A stretch of DNA of 64,000 nt from Candidatus Sericytochromatia bacterium (GCA_036676985.1 JAKFBU010000026.1:1-64000), one strand, 5' to 3'. Shown: positions 17,184 to 27,322, numbered from the stretch's first letter. Program-made: numbers and translations. The notes: generated by a model from the sequence alone, not told the origin.

Positions 17184-19994
17184 GTGCTCCATCGCTCATG
17201 GGCTCTTGCCCTCGCCGCGTCCGTTTGCCTGTTTCCGGTGACCGCCTGGGCCGCGAGCCCCAACCACCCGAATCGCCAGTGGACGGTGCTCGAGACGCCC
17301 CACTTCTCGGTCCACTACTACCAGGGCGAGGAGAAGACGGCGCGCAAGATCGCCGCGGCCGCTGAGAACAGCCTGCCGCGCCTCGAGAAGGACTTCGGCG
17401 TCGAGGCCAAGGAGCGGATCCCCATCGTCGTGAGCCGCGACAACTTCTTCAACGGCTCCGCCGAGCCCGTCAAGACCCGGATCCAGCTCGATCCGGTGCT
17501 CGCGGCCTCGAGCCAGATCGGCACCGAGCGCTTCGTGGCCCACGAGCTCGCCCACGTCATCACCTTCCTCGCCCTGCAGCGCGACCTGCCCATCTCGCGC
17601 CTGGCGGGCCTCGGCACCATGCCCACGTGGTTCCTCGAGGGCATCGCCCAGTACGAGGCCGAATACTGGTACACCTCCAACGACCGCATGCTGCGGCTGC
17701 ACACCCTCTCCAACACCCTGTTGACCAACACCGAACGGGAGAATTTCCCCTTGCTGGGCGTGGTCGCGGGCGCTGCGGGCTACAACGAGGGCTTCGCGCT
17801 CACCCGCTACATTTTCGACACCTACGGCAAGGACAAGATCGCGACGCTCTTCAAGATCATGCGCGACGGCGAGGAGTCGACCTTCACCAAGGCCCTGGAG
17901 AAGGCCGTGGGCACCCCCTTCCCCCAGATCGAGGCCGCGTGGCGCACCAGCCTCAAGGAGCACTACGCCAAGCAGACCAAGGGCATCGCCGAGCACCTGA
18001 AGGACAGCCAGACGGTGATCCGCAGCGAGCGGGGCGAGGTCAACGTGGCTCCCAGCCTGAGCCCGGACGGCAAGAAGCTCGCCTACCTCACGAGCCGTCA
18101 CCAGGACGGCTACCTCTACCTGCGCGGCCACGTCATGGGCTTCTTGACCCTGGCGCTGGCGGACGCGGACGGCCAGAACGTCCGCGAGCTCCCGGTCGGC
18201 AAGGGGCGCGTCTCGGGCTACTCCTGGAGCCCGGACGGCGAGCAGCTGGTGGTCTCGGCCGTCAGCTCGAACAAGGAAGGTGAGCCGACCTTCGATCTGT
18301 TCCTCTACAACGTCAAGACCGGCTACACCAAGCAGCTGACCAACGACGCCAACGCCACGAGCCCGGCATGGCGCCCGGACAGCAACCAGGTGGCCTACGT
18401 GGAGACCAAGGACGGCAAGACCTTCCTCAAGCTCTTCGACACCAAGGCCTTCAAGACCATCGACATCCCGAGCACGAGCCTGGGCGATCGCCACGCCGCC
18501 GGTCTCGCCTGGGCGCCCAACGGCCGCATGCTCGTGGGCTCGGTCTACGCCACCGGCGAGGGCGGCAAGCTCGCGAGCATCGATCCCCTCTCGGGCCACG
18601 TCGCCATGCTCACCGAGGGCAAGCCCGAGGTCATCGACCAGCATCCGATCTGGCTGCCGGACAGCAGCGCCATCGTGTTCTCGAGCGATCGCGACGGCAT
18701 GCAGAACCTCTACCGCCTCTCGATGAAGGGCAAGCGCGAGCTGACCCAGCTCAGCAAGGTCTACACGGGGGCCTCGGCTCCGGCCGTGGCGCCGGATGGC
18801 CGCCTCTTCTACGTCTCCTACCACTCGGTGGGCAGCGAGCTGCGCACCTGGCGGCCCGAGGGCGGCGAGCAGATCGCCTACCAGGCGCCCAAGAACGTCC
18901 AGCCGGGCATCAAGCTCGCCGCGGGCGAGACGCCGACCCTGGGCCGGCAGCTGCCCGACTCCTGGCGGACGCGCGGCTACGAGCCGACCATGACCAACGA
19001 CATCATCATGCCGCAGCTCACCTCCGACGAGCGCGGCAGCCAGATCGGCATGCTCGCCATGTACAGCGACATCCTCGACAAGCAGCAGCTCGGTCTGGAC
19101 GTCCGCCTGGGCGTGATGAGCCAGCGCTTCAGCTATGCGGCCACCTACGTCAACCGCATGAGCGACGCCTCCTGGGGCGTGACGCTCTACGACACGCCGA
19201 ACATCGGCATCGCCAAGACCATCAACCCGGAGCGCCTCTACGACTCGCTCTACTACTCACGGGAGCAGGGCGTCTCGGCCATGACCCGGACCAACATCGG
19301 CTCGCAGACCCTGACGGCGGCCGTGGGCCTCGCGCACCTCTCGGTGCTCGATCCCCCGCGCGGCGGAGTGGACCTCGGCCTGCGGACGGGCCGCCTCCAG
19401 ACCCTCAGCCTGGGTTGGAGCGACAACCGGGTCAAGAACACGTCGGATGCCGACCTCAACCCGTCGGACGGCTACCGGCTCGGCGCGAGCTTCACGCTCT
19501 CGGACCGCGCGCTGGGCTCCGAGTTCGACTTCGCCCAGTACGCCCTGGGCGGCGAGCGCTACTTCCCCATCGTGCCCGACTGGCGGCACAACCTCGCCTG
19601 GCGCTGGCACTTCGCCATGACCAACGGCGACGCCATGCCCATGTTCCTGGGCGGCGTGCAGGGCGGCGGCTCCATCATTCCGCTGCGCGGCTACAACGTG
19701 GGCTCGTTCGCGGGCAACCGCATCGCCTATTCGGGCCTCGAGTACACCATGCCGATCAACGGCCACCTGGACTACCAGTTCGGGCCCCTGTACTTCAACA
19801 AGCTCTACGCCACGGCCTTCGTGGAGGCGGGTGATGCCTGGAGCCAGGGGGCGACCTTCCAGCCGCACCCGACAGCCGGCGCGGAAGTGCGGGTCAAGAC
19901 CGCCTTCATGGGTCGCCAGGTCGTCATCTTCCGGGTAGGGACGGTGCGCAAGCTGACGCCGGACGGCACCTGGGGCATGTACGTGACCTTCTAA
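17184..19994 (+). CDS. Exported zincin-like domain + PD40/TolB-like propeller + Omp85-like beta-barrel protein
   Basis: Signal peptide; HELAH and WFLEGIAQY; repeated P.(W/L)SPDG units; barrel with LRGY motif ending MYVTF; GTG start after AGGAGG. Confidence 0.8.
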   Translation: MLHRSWALALAASVCLFPVTAWAASPNHPNRQWTVLETPHFSVHYYQGEEKTARKIAAAAENSLPRLEKDFGVEAKERIPIVVSRDNFFNGSAEPVKTRIQLDPVLAASSQIGTERFVAHELAHVITFLALQRDLPISRLAGLGTMPTWFLEGIAQYEAEYWYTSNDRMLRLHTLSNTLLTNTERENFPLLGVVAGAAGYNEGFALTRYIFDTYGKDKIATLFKIMRDGEESTFTKALEKAVGTPFPQIEAAWRTSLKEHYAKQTKGIAEHLKDSQTVIRSERGEVNVAPSLSPDGKKLAYLTSRHQDGYLYLRGHVMGFLTLALADADGQNVRELPVGKGRVSGYSWSPDGEQLVVSAVSSNKEGEPTFDLFLYNVKTGYTKQLTNDANATSPAWRPDSNQVAYVETKDGKTFLKLFDTKAFKTIDIPSTSLGDRHAAGLAWAPNGRMLVGSVYATGEGGKLASIDPLSGHVAMLTEGKPEVIDQHPIWLPDSSAIVFSSDRDGMQNLYRLSMKGKRELTQLSKVYTGASAPAVAPDGRLFYVSYHSVGSELRTWRPEGGEQIAYQAPKNVQPGIKLAAGETPTLGRQLPDSWRTRGYEPTMTNDIIMPQLTSDERGSQIGMLAMYSDILDKQQLGLDVRLGVMSQRFSYAATYVNRMSDASWGVTLYDTPNIGIAKTINPERLYDSLYYSREQGVSAMTRTNIGSQTLTAAVGLAHLSVLDPPRGGVDLGLRTGRLQTLSLGWSDNRVKNTSDADLNPSDGYRLGASFTLSDRALGSEFDFAQYALGGERYFPIVPDWRHNLAWRWHFAMTNGDAMPMFLGGVQGGGSIIPLRGYNVGSFAGNRIAYSGLEYTMPINGHLDYQFGPLYFNKLYATAFVEAGDAWSQGATFQPHPTAGAEVRVKTAFMGRQVVIFRVGTVRKLTPDGTWGMYVTF

Positions 19995-20005
19995 GCTCCA
20001 CACCG

Positions 20006-20037
20006 CGCAGGGGTCGGACCCACGTCCGACCCCTGCG
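20006..20037 (+). terminator. 14-bp hairpin after the Omp85-like gene
   Basis: CGCAGGGGTCGGAC-ccac-GTCCGACCCCTGCG. Confidence 0.65.
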
Positions 20038-20200
20038 GCCTTTCGAGTCGGGCGGACGGGTTTGTCTGCTCCGGCCATGACACAATCGCTTGGCCGTCAG
20101 GCTCGGTTGTGCTGGCGGGGCGCATCCGGTATACTGAGGGGGCTTTTTGGCCGTATCACGCCGTTTTGCGCCACCCGGCGCCCTCTGGAGGAGTCCCTTC

Positions 20201-20734
20201 TTGACCAAGAAGTCCTACGCCAGCCTCGCCTGCTATTTCCTGGCCCTGGCGGTCTATGCGATCGATCAGTGGGTGAAGCTCTGGGTCGTCGACCACATGG
20301 GCCTCTACCAGTCCATCCCCCTCATCAACGGCTTCTTCGCCCTGACCTACGTCCGCAACATCGGGGCCGCCTTCAGCGCCTTCTCGGGACAGGTCTGGGG
20401 GCTGGCCACGGTGGCCGCGGCGGTGTCGATCGCCATCATCGTCTACGAGCGCCGCCTCAAGGACTTCATGCTCGGCCACGTGCTCGCGCTCGGCCTCTTG
20501 CTGGGCGGCACGCTCGGCAACTTCAGCGATCGCATCCGCCTCCAGTACGTGGTCGACATGTTCGACCTGCAGTGGCAGGGCAAGAACATCTTCCCCATCT
20601 TCAACATCGCGGACATCGCCATCGACGTGGGCGTCGGCATCCTCCTGCTGGTCTTCTTCCTGGAGTCCCGCCAGGCCAAGCGCGAGGCCGCCGCCCCGGA
20701 CGCGGGCGCGACCATCGCGCAAGAGAGCCACTAG
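20201..20734 (+). CDS. lspA: Lipoprotein signal peptidase II (copy 2)
   Basis: DQWVK, RNIGAAFS, GGTLGNFSDR, VVDM, FNIAD; TTG start after GGAGG. Confidence 0.92.
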   Translation: MTKKSYASLACYFLALAVYAIDQWVKLWVVDHMGLYQSIPLINGFFALTYVRNIGAAFSAFSGQVWGLATVAAAVSIAIIVYERRLKDFMLGHVLALGLLLGGTLGNFSDRIRLQYVVDMFDLQWQGKNIFPIFNIADIAIDVGVGILLLVFFLESRQAKREAAAPDAGATIAQESH

Positions 20735-20858
20735 CCCGCCCTGCGCCGCGCCTTCGGCCCCCGGTTCCGACCGGGGGCCGTTTCGCGCCTCGACCCTTGC
20801 CTGCCCGGTCGGAGCGCGGTATGCTGCTGGCGCGACGGAGGTCGCGAAAGGGGGCCGT

Positions 20859-22193
20859 TTGCGCGCGTTGTTCCGCTGGCTGGCCATGCTGGGCTGCTGT
20901 CTGACCTGGCTCGCGGGCTCCGCGGCCTGGGCTCAGGCCGCGCGCATCACCGAGCTCGAGGTCCGGGGCCCCATCACGCCCGTGGTCGCGGGCTACGTGG
21001 AGCGCGGGATCCGGGCGGCAAACGACCAGCGCCTGGCGGCCGTGCTCGTGCGGCTCGACACGCCCGGCGGCCTCGACACCGCCATGCGCGACATCGTCCA
21101 GGCCTTCGAGGCCTCCGCGCTCCCGGTCATCGTCTACGTCACGCCCCCGGGGGCGCGGGCGGCCTCGGCGGGCGCCTTCATCACCATGGCGGCGCACGTC
21201 GCGGCCATGGCCCCCAACACCGCCATCGGGGCCGCGAGCCCGGTCGGGGGCGGCGGCGAGGAGATCAAGGGCACCATGAAGGCCAAGGTCACCAACGACG
21301 CCGCGGCCTACCTGCGCGGGATCGCCACGTCGCGCGGCCGCAACGCCGCGTGGGCCGAGCGCGCCGTCCGCGAGGCCGTCAGCGCGAGCGCCGAGGAGGC
21401 CGTCAAGCTCAAGGTCGTGGACCTGGTGGCGCCGGACGTCCCCACGCTCCTCGACCGCATCGACGGTCGGAAGGTCAAGATAGGCGATCGCACGGTCATC
21501 CTCAAGACGGCCGACGCGGACCTCCGGCCCTTCGAGATGAACGGCATCGAGCGCTTCCTTCAGTCGATCAGCGACCCGAGCATCGCGCTCTTGCTCTTGA
21601 ACATCGGCATGCTCGGCTTGTTCTTCGAGCTCTCCAACCCGGGCCTCATCATCCCGGGGGTGGTGGGCGGCATCTGCCTGCTTCTGGGCCTGTTCGCCCT
21701 GGGCACCCTGCCCATCAACGCGGCGGGCATCGCCCTCATCGGGCTGGCCTTCCTCTTGTTCGTCGCGGAGCTCTTCGTGCCGAGCTTCGGCGCGCTCGCC
21801 GTGGGCGGCATCATCTCCCTGGTGCTCGGCGCCCTCATGCTCGTCGCGCCCGGCACCCCCGGCTTCGAGGTCTCGCGGCCCCTCATCGCGACCATCGCCG
21901 GCTCGACGGGCCTCCTGATGGCGGCCCTCGGCTACATGGCCGTACGCGCCCAGCGCCGTCAGGCCACCACCGGCCGGGAGGGCATGATCGGCGAGACCGG
22001 TGAGGTGCGCCAGGAGCTCAATCCCGAGGGCCAGGTCTTCACCCATGGCGAGCTGTGGCGTGCCGTCTCCCTCGGTGGTCCCGTCCCCAAGGGCGCCCAG
22101 GTCCGCATCGAGCGGGTCGAGGACCTGACCCTCTACGTCTCGCCGCTCATCGACGCATCCCCCACGCTCCAGGAGGCCCCCCCGCATGATTAG
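20859..22193 (+). CDS. nfeD: NfeD family membrane-bound serine protease (long form)
   Basis: [24 protein letters not shown] region, C-terminal OB fold [12 protein letters not shown]. Confidence 0.93.
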   Translation: MRALFRWLAMLGCCLTWLAGSAAWAQAARITELEVRGPITPVVAGYVERGIRAANDQRLAAVLVRLDTPGGLDTAMRDIVQAFEASALPVIVYVTPPGARAASAGAFITMAAHVAAMAPNTAIGAASPVGGGGEEIKGTMKAKVTNDAAAYLRGIATSRGRNAAWAERAVREAVSASAEEAVKLKVVDLVAPDVPTLLDRIDGRKVKIGDRTVILKTADADLRPFEMNGIERFLQSISDPSIALLLLNIGMLGLFFELSNPGLIIPGVVGGICLLLGLFALGTLPINAAGIALIGLAFLLFVAELFVPSFGALAVGGIISLVLGALMLVAPGTPGFEVSRPLIATIAGSTGLLMAALGYMAVRAQRRQATTGREGMIGETGEVRQELNPEGQVFTHGELWRAVSLGGPVPKGAQVRIERVEDLTLYVSPLIDASPTLQEAPPHD

Positions 22194-22956
22194 TTTCCTC
22201 TCCAGCTTCTCCTTTCTCGTCGTCCTCGCGATCTTCTTCCTGTTCTCGGCAATCAAGGTCGTGCAGGAGTACGAGCGCGGCGTCGTCTTCCGCCTCGGCC
22301 GCCTGGTCGGCGCCAAGGGGCCGGGTCTCATCCTGCTCATCCCCATCCTCGATCGCATGGTCAAGGTGGACCTGCGCACGCTGACGCTGGACCTGCCGAC
22401 CCAGGAGGTCATCACGCGCGACAACGTCACCATCAAGGTGGGCGCGGTCGTCTACTTCCGCGTCGTCAACCCGGAGCACGCCGTCACCAAGGTCTTCGAC
22501 TTCGGCACGGCCACCCTCCAGATGGCCCAGACGACGCTCCGCAACGTGCTGGGGCAGTTCGCCCTGGACCAGCTCCTGGCCGAGCGCGAGACCATCAACC
22601 AGCGCCTGCAGCAGATCATCGACGAGAGCACCGAGCCCTGGGGCGTGAAGGTGAGCGCGGTCGAGATCAAGGACGTGGAGCTGCCCCAGTCCATGCAGCG
22701 TGCCATGGCCCGTCAGGCCGAGGCCGAGCGCGAGAAGCGCGCCAAGATCATCCACGCCGAGGGCGAGCTGCAGGCCTCCAAGACCCTCGCCGAGGCCGCG
22801 GCCATCATCGCCGAGGAGCCGACCAGCTTGCAGCTGCGCTACCTGCAGACCCTGACGGAGATCTCGGCCGAGAAGAATTCGACCATCATCTTCCCGGTGC
22901 CCATCGACCTGCTGCAGGGCCTGACGAGCCTCGTTCCGCGCTCCAAGCAGCCGTGA
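22186..22956 (+). CDS. Slipin / stomatin (SPFH) protein
   Basis: [51 protein letters not shown]; coupled to nfeD. Confidence 0.95.
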   Translation: MISFLSSFSFLVVLAIFFLFSAIKVVQEYERGVVFRLGRLVGAKGPGLILLIPILDRMVKVDLRTLTLDLPTQEVITRDNVTIKVGAVVYFRVVNPEHAVTKVFDFGTATLQMAQTTLRNVLGQFALDQLLAERETINQRLQQIIDESTEPWGVKVSAVEIKDVELPQSMQRAMARQAEAEREKRAKIIHAEGELQASKTLAEAAAIIAEEPTSLQLRYLQTLTEISAEKNSTIIFPVPIDLLQGLTSLVPRSKQP

Positions 22957-23018
22957 TGACGAGTCGTCATCGGCGATGCGATCTAGGCATTTGAGCGCCC
23001 GGCGGCCAAAGGTTCCGG

Positions 23019-23051
23019 TGCTATACTCGGAACGGTAACGAAACGTTACCG
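23019..23051 (+). promoter_or_regulatory. Extended -10 promoter plus palindromic operator of the peroxiredoxin gene
   Basis: TGCTATACT 23019-23027 then CGGTAACG-aaa-CGTTACCG 23033-23051. Confidence 0.65.
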
Positions 23052-23084
23052 AGTGTTGCACCCCTTTACCTTTGGAGGTCATCC

Positions 23085-23567
23085 ATGCTGAAGGTCGGAG
23101 ACAAGGTCTCGGGTTTTCGGCTTGAAGGCACCCTGAAGGGTGAGAAGAAGTCGTTCGGTCTCGAGGACTTCCAGGGCAAGAACACCGTTCTTGTCTTCTT
23201 CCCCTTTGCCTTCACGCCTGTCTGAACGCGCGAATTGCCGGACGTGAACTCCCTGCTCAAGGAGTTCGAGTCCCGCAACAGCCAGGTTCTGGCTGTTTCC
23301 GCCGATAGCGTTCACACCAACAAGCAGTACGCGGAGTCCATGGGCGGTCTCGACTATCCCATCCTCAGCGACTGGAACCCCCACGGCAAGTGGACCCGCG
23401 AGTTCGGGATCTTCCTGGAGGATTCCGGCTGCCCGTCGCGCTCGACGGTCATCATCGACCCCCAGGGCGTCGTCCGGGATATCCACACCAACCCGATCGG
23501 TGAGGATCGCGACTTCAAGTCGACGCTCACTCGCCTCGACGAGATCAACCAGGCGGTTCGCGCCTAG
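23085..23567 (+). CDS. Peroxiredoxin (AhpC/TSA, AhpE-like) with in-frame TGA at the peroxidatic Cys; probable selenoprotein
   Basis: GGAGG RBS; MLKVGDK...VLVFFPFAFTPV[TGA 23223-23225]TRELP...VLAVSADS..YPILSDW..RSTVIIDPQGVVR in one frame. Confidence 0.88.
23240..23273 (+). promoter_or_regulatory. Candidate bacterial SECIS hairpin
   Basis: GGAC-gt-GAACTCC-ctgctcaa-GGAGTTC-ga-GTCC beginning 15 nt after the TGA. Confidence 0.55.
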
Positions 23568-23580
23568 GCGTGACTCCAAA

Positions 23581-23612
23581 CCGAACGGCCCGGCGCAAGC
23601 CGGGCCGTTTGG
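23581..23612. terminator. Hairpin between convergent peroxiredoxin and encapsulin cargo genes
   Basis: CCGAACGGCCCGGC-gcaa-GCCGGGCCGTTTGG. Confidence 0.7.
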
Positions 23613-23634
23613 CGTTCTGGGGGGGTGGGTCCTG

Positions 23635-23988
23635 CTAGATCGGCTGGCCCATGAGGCTGCCGACCGTGAGGCCGCCCGTCCACGTGGGAGCATGCGCCGG
23701 AGTGGCCGCTGCGGCCGTGCCCGGCTTGTGCGCGAGGGCCGCGAGGTTGCCCTCGGCGATCGCCGCACTGTGCTCCTCGCGGAAGGTGCGATCCTGCACC
23801 GGATCGTGGGCGCGGAGCATGGCCGTGAGCTCAGCGACATGCTCTTTCTCCTCGTCCATCAGGTGCAGCATCAAGGCGCGCACGCCCGGCTCGCTGGCCA
23901 GGTCGTGCAGCTCCTGGTAGTGGTTGATGGTCTCCAGCTCGCGCACCAGGGCCTTGCGGATGACGGCGAGATCCACGGGGGTCGGCAT
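23635..23988 (-). CDS. Encapsulin cargo, ferritin-like protein (Myxococcus EncB-like) with targeting peptide
   Basis: RELETINHY...HLMDEEKEH iron-ligand helices, Ala/Pro linker, C-terminal GGLTVGSL cargo-loading motif. Confidence 0.88.
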   Translation of the reverse strand: MPTPVDLAVIRKALVRELETINHYQELHDLASEPGVRALMLHLMDEEKEHVAELTAMLRAHDPVQDRTFREEHSAAIAEGNLAALAHKPGTAAAATPAHAPTWTGGLTVGSLMGQPI

Positions 23989-23991
23989 CGC

Positions 23992-24849
23992 TTAGCGCGC
24001 CCCCGACTCGAAGGTGCAGATGGCGCCCGGACGCTTGATCCGGAGCACGAGGCTCTCGAAGACCCGGAACGGGTGGTTCATCTTCTCCACGCCGAGGTAG
24101 GCGGTGATGAGGTCCTGCCCGATGGCGAGGTCGAAGTTCTGGATGCCCACCGAGAGGATGAGCCCCTGACCCTCCTTGAGGGCCGGCGTCTGGAAGACGC
24201 CTGCGGTCGCCAGCTCGCGGATGTGGTTGATCTCGAGCACGCCCGAGCTGGCGTAGACCCGGTGCAGCTGCGAGTACCAGACCGGGTTGACGATGACGGC
24301 GTAGGGGCCCGCGAAGCCCGCCTCGAGCAGCTTGGCGCGGGCGTCGACCACGTCCTGGAAGCCGTTGCCGGCCTCGGCCCAGTTGCGGGCGACCACCGTG
24401 TTGCGGCCCTCGGCGTTGGCCAGGCCGTCGTAGCCGCACTCCTCGTCGCCGTTGAAGATGAGGTAGTCCTCCTTCTGGGCGACGATCGAGGCGGCCGCCG
24501 CCGCGGCGCTCACGTCGATGGGGTGGTTGATCTGGCGGGCCGTCTCCAGGTCGCGCCAGTAGAGCATGAAGTCCTTGTAGACGATGGGGATGTTCTCGTG
24601 GACGCGACGCTTGGCGCGCACCATGCTGGTCTCGGTCTCCCCGAAGACCGCGACCTGGGCCGAGCCGGTGCCCGTGAACAGGTCGTAGTCGACGTCCTGC
24701 ACCCCGGCGCCGAGCGGGCCGAACACGTGCAGGAACCGGCGACCCACCAGGCTGCGGCGGGCCACGTCGACGATCGTGTTGTCGATGAGCTCCCACTCTT
24801 GGGACGTCAGCGGCGATTCGGCCCGATTGAGGTAGGCGGCGTTGTCCAT
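23992..24849 (-). CDS. Family 1 encapsulin shell protein (Linocin M18 / HK97 fold)
   Basis: YL.R.ESPLT..EW..ID..., LVGRRFL.V.GPLGAG, KDF.L.WRDLE, EDYLIFNG, FDLAIGQDL..AYLG, FRVFESL. Confidence 0.95.
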   Translation of the reverse strand: MDNAAYLNRAESPLTSQEWELIDNTIVDVARRSLVGRRFLHVFGPLGAGVQDVDYDLFTGTGSAQVAVFGETETSMVRAKRRVHENIPIVYKDFMLYWRDLETARQINHPIDVSAAAAAASIVAQKEDYLIFNGDEECGYDGLANAEGRNTVVARNWAEAGNGFQDVVDARAKLLEAGFAGPYAVIVNPVWYSQLHRVYASSGVLEINHIRELATAGVFQTPALKEGQGLILSVGIQNFDLAIGQDLITAYLGVEKMNHPFRVFESLVLRIKRPGAICTFESGAR

Positions 24850-24926
24850 GGCGGTTGGTACTCCTTCCGGTGGCTGCGATGGGAGGGCGGTGGTCGGGGT
24901 GCCACGTCGTCGTTACGCTCCGACGC

Positions 24927-24950
24927 GTAACAGGTCGTTACATGGTAACA
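24927..24950 (-). promoter_or_regulatory. Extended -10 promoter plus GTAAC-N5-GTTAC site of the encapsulin operon
   Basis: Minus strand TGTTACCAT (24950-24942) immediately followed by GTAAC-gacct-GTTAC (24941-24927). Confidence 0.6.
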
Positions 24951-25094
24951 CGCGACCCGGCCTCCATGCATGCTCCAGGGACGTCCGTTTCCGGGGTCGC
25001 CGCAGCCGCTCAGAGGGCTCGGACCGTGGTACAATCAAAGCCCCTGGTAGTCCGTCCTGGCCGCTGCCCTCACCGCCCGATTGGGGAGAGACCG

Positions 25095-25502
25095 ATGGTA
25101 GAACTCGAGCACCTGGTGGGCGCGATGGGCCATGCCCCGAGCGTCGTGAGCACCGAGAACACGGCCATCACCATGGGGTCCGGCGCCCTGCCGGTCCTGG
25201 CGACGCCCGCTCTGGTGGCGCTCGTCGAGCATGCGGCCGCAAGCGCCGTGACGAGCTACCTGCCGCCCGGCATGACGACCGTGGGCACCGGCGTCTCCCT
25301 GCGCCACCTGGCGGCCACCCCCATCGGCCACAACGTCCAGGCCGAGGCCGTGCTCGTCGCGGTTTCCGGCCGCCGGCTGGAGTTCAAGGTCTGCGCCTAC
25401 GACGAGCGCGAGAAGATCGCCGAGGGCACCCACGAGCGCTTCATCGTGGAGGCCGAGCGATTCATGGCCAAGATGGCCGACAAGAAGCCCAAGGGGAGCT
25501 GA
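25095..25502 (+). CDS. Hot-dog thioesterase, FlK (fluoroacetyl-CoA thioesterase) family
   Basis: TA..MGSG.LPVLATP.LVAL.E, TTVGT....HLAATP.G, GTHERFIV. Confidence 0.88.
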   Translation: MVELEHLVGAMGHAPSVVSTENTAITMGSGALPVLATPALVALVEHAAASAVTSYLPPGMTTVGTGVSLRHLAATPIGHNVQAEAVLVAVSGRRLEFKVCAYDEREKIAEGTHERFIVEAERFMAKMADKKPKGS

Positions 25503-25561
25503 TGCTCCGCCACCTGCCTTTTCCAAACCGGCTGCTCTATTGGTGTCCTTAAGGAGGGACC

Positions 25562-27256
25562 ATGCTATCGCCTGAGCGTACCCGGGAGGTTCCGTCGGAC
25601 TTGGCCATCGCGCAGAGCGCGGTGCTCAAGCCCATCATGGAGGTGGCCTCGGCGGCCGGCCTCTTGCCGCAGGAGGTCGAGCCCTACGGCCACACCAAGG
25701 CCAAGATCGGGCTCGAGGCGCTCGAGCGCCTCAAGGATCGGCCGGACGGCAAGCTGATCCTGGTCACGGCCATCAGTCCGACCAAGGCAGGCGAGGGCAA
25801 GTCGACCACCACCGTGGGACTCGGTCAGGCGCTTTCCCGGCTGGGCCACAAGGCCATCATCGCCCTGCGCGAGCCCTCGCTCGGCCCCAGCTTCGGCATG
25901 AAGGGCGGCGCGGCGGGCGGCGGGTACGCCCAGATCGTCCCCATGGAGGACATCAACCTCCACTTCACGGGCGATCTGCATGCCATCACCTCGGCCAACA
26001 ACCTCCTGGCCTCCATGATCGACAACCACCTGCACTTCGGCAATCCGCTCGGCCTCGATCCGCGCCAGATCGTCTGGAAGCGCTGCATGGACCTCAACGA
26101 GCGCGCCCTGCGCAACGTGATCGTGGGGCTCGGCGGCAAGGCCAACGGCATGCCCCGCGAGGACCACTTCGAGATCACGGCGGCCTCCGAGGTCATGGCC
26201 ATCCTCGCCCTCTCGTCGAGCGTCTCGGACCTCCAGGAGCGGCTCGGCCGGATCATCGTGGGCTTCACCTTCGACGGCCGGCCCGTGACGGCCCGGGATC
26301 TGCAGGCCGACGGGGCCATGGCCGTGCTCTTGAAGGACGCCATCAAGCCCAACCTGGTCCAAACCCTCGAGAACACGCCGGCGCTCGTTCACTGCGGCCC
26401 CTTCGCCAACATCGCGCACGGCTGCAACAGCGTGCTCGCCACCCGCATGGCCCTCAAGCTCGCGGACTACGTCGTGACCGAGGCGGGCTTCGGGGCGGAC
26501 CTCGGCGCCGAGAAGTTCTTCGACATCAAGTGCCGCACGGCGGGCCTCACGCCCGCGGCGGTGGTGGTGGTCGCGACGGTGCGCGCCCTCAAGCTGCACG
26601 GCGGGGCGGATGCGATGCAGCTCGCCGTGCCGGACGTGGCGGCGCTCGAGATGGGCATGGCCAACCTCGAGAAGCACGTGGACTCGGTGCGCCAGTTCGG
26701 CCTCCAGCCGGTGGTGGCCATCAATCGCTTCCCCACCGACAGCCAGCAGGAGCTGGACGCTCTGGAGCGCCTCAGTCAGCGCCTGGGCGTGCCCGTGGTG
26801 CTCTCCGAGGTCTGGGCGAAGGGCGGCGAGGGCGGTGAGGCCCTGGCCGATGCGATCGTGCAGGCCACGAGCGTTCCGAGCGCCTTCAAGCCGCTCTACG
26901 AGCTCGCGGAGTCGATCCCCGAGAAGATCGACGCGGTCGTGCGCCGGGTCTACGGCGGCGACGGCGTCCACTTCGAGCCCGCGGCCCTCAAGAGCCTGGA
27001 GCGCATCGAGCGGCTGGGGCTCGGCAATCTGCCCGTCTGCATGGCCAAGACCCAGTACTCCTTCTCCGACGATCCGGCGCGCCTGGGCCGTCCGACCGGC
27101 TTCAAGGTCACGGTGCGCGACCTCAAGGTCTCGGCGGGGGCGGGCTTCGTCGTCGCCTACACCGGGGAGATCATGACCATGCCGGGGCTGCCCAAGCGGC
27201 CGTCGGCGGAGGCCATCGGGATCGACGCCGAGGGCAAGACCGTCGGGTTGTTCTAG
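25562..27256 (+). CDS. fhs: Formate--tetrahydrofolate ligase
   Basis: [60 protein letters not shown]. Confidence 0.98.
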   Translation: MLSPERTREVPSDLAIAQSAVLKPIMEVASAAGLLPQEVEPYGHTKAKIGLEALERLKDRPDGKLILVTAISPTKAGEGKSTTTVGLGQALSRLGHKAIIALREPSLGPSFGMKGGAAGGGYAQIVPMEDINLHFTGDLHAITSANNLLASMIDNHLHFGNPLGLDPRQIVWKRCMDLNERALRNVIVGLGGKANGMPREDHFEITAASEVMAILALSSSVSDLQERLGRIIVGFTFDGRPVTARDLQADGAMAVLLKDAIKPNLVQTLENTPALVHCGPFANIAHGCNSVLATRMALKLADYVVTEAGFGADLGAEKFFDIKCRTAGLTPAAVVVVATVRALKLHGGADAMQLAVPDVAALEMGMANLEKHVDSVRQFGLQPVVAINRFPTDSQQELDALERLSQRLGVPVVLSEVWAKGGEGGEALADAIVQATSVPSAFKPLYELAESIPEKIDAVVRRVYGGDGVHFEPAALKSLERIERLGLGNLPVCMAKTQYSFSDDPARLGRPTGFKVTVRDLKVSAGAGFVVAYTGEIMTMPGLPKRPSAEAIGIDAEGKTVGLF

Positions 27257-27322
27257 GGGCGTTTGCGCTCCGGGTCGCTTGGGAATGTAGCCCCAGACGC
27301 CCCTGTGAGGAGAGAAAGAGAC

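Noticed and set aside
23085-23567. Peroxiredoxin as a nonsense pseudogene
   Set aside because: The only stop is a TGA exactly at the catalytic Cys with a downstream hairpin and no other decay; recoding is more parsimonious, though unproven.
25030-25561. ZTP or THF riboswitch upstream of the thioesterase-fhs genes
   Set aside because: The conserved cores (e.g. ZTP GACTGGCG...CGCCTGGG) are not found.
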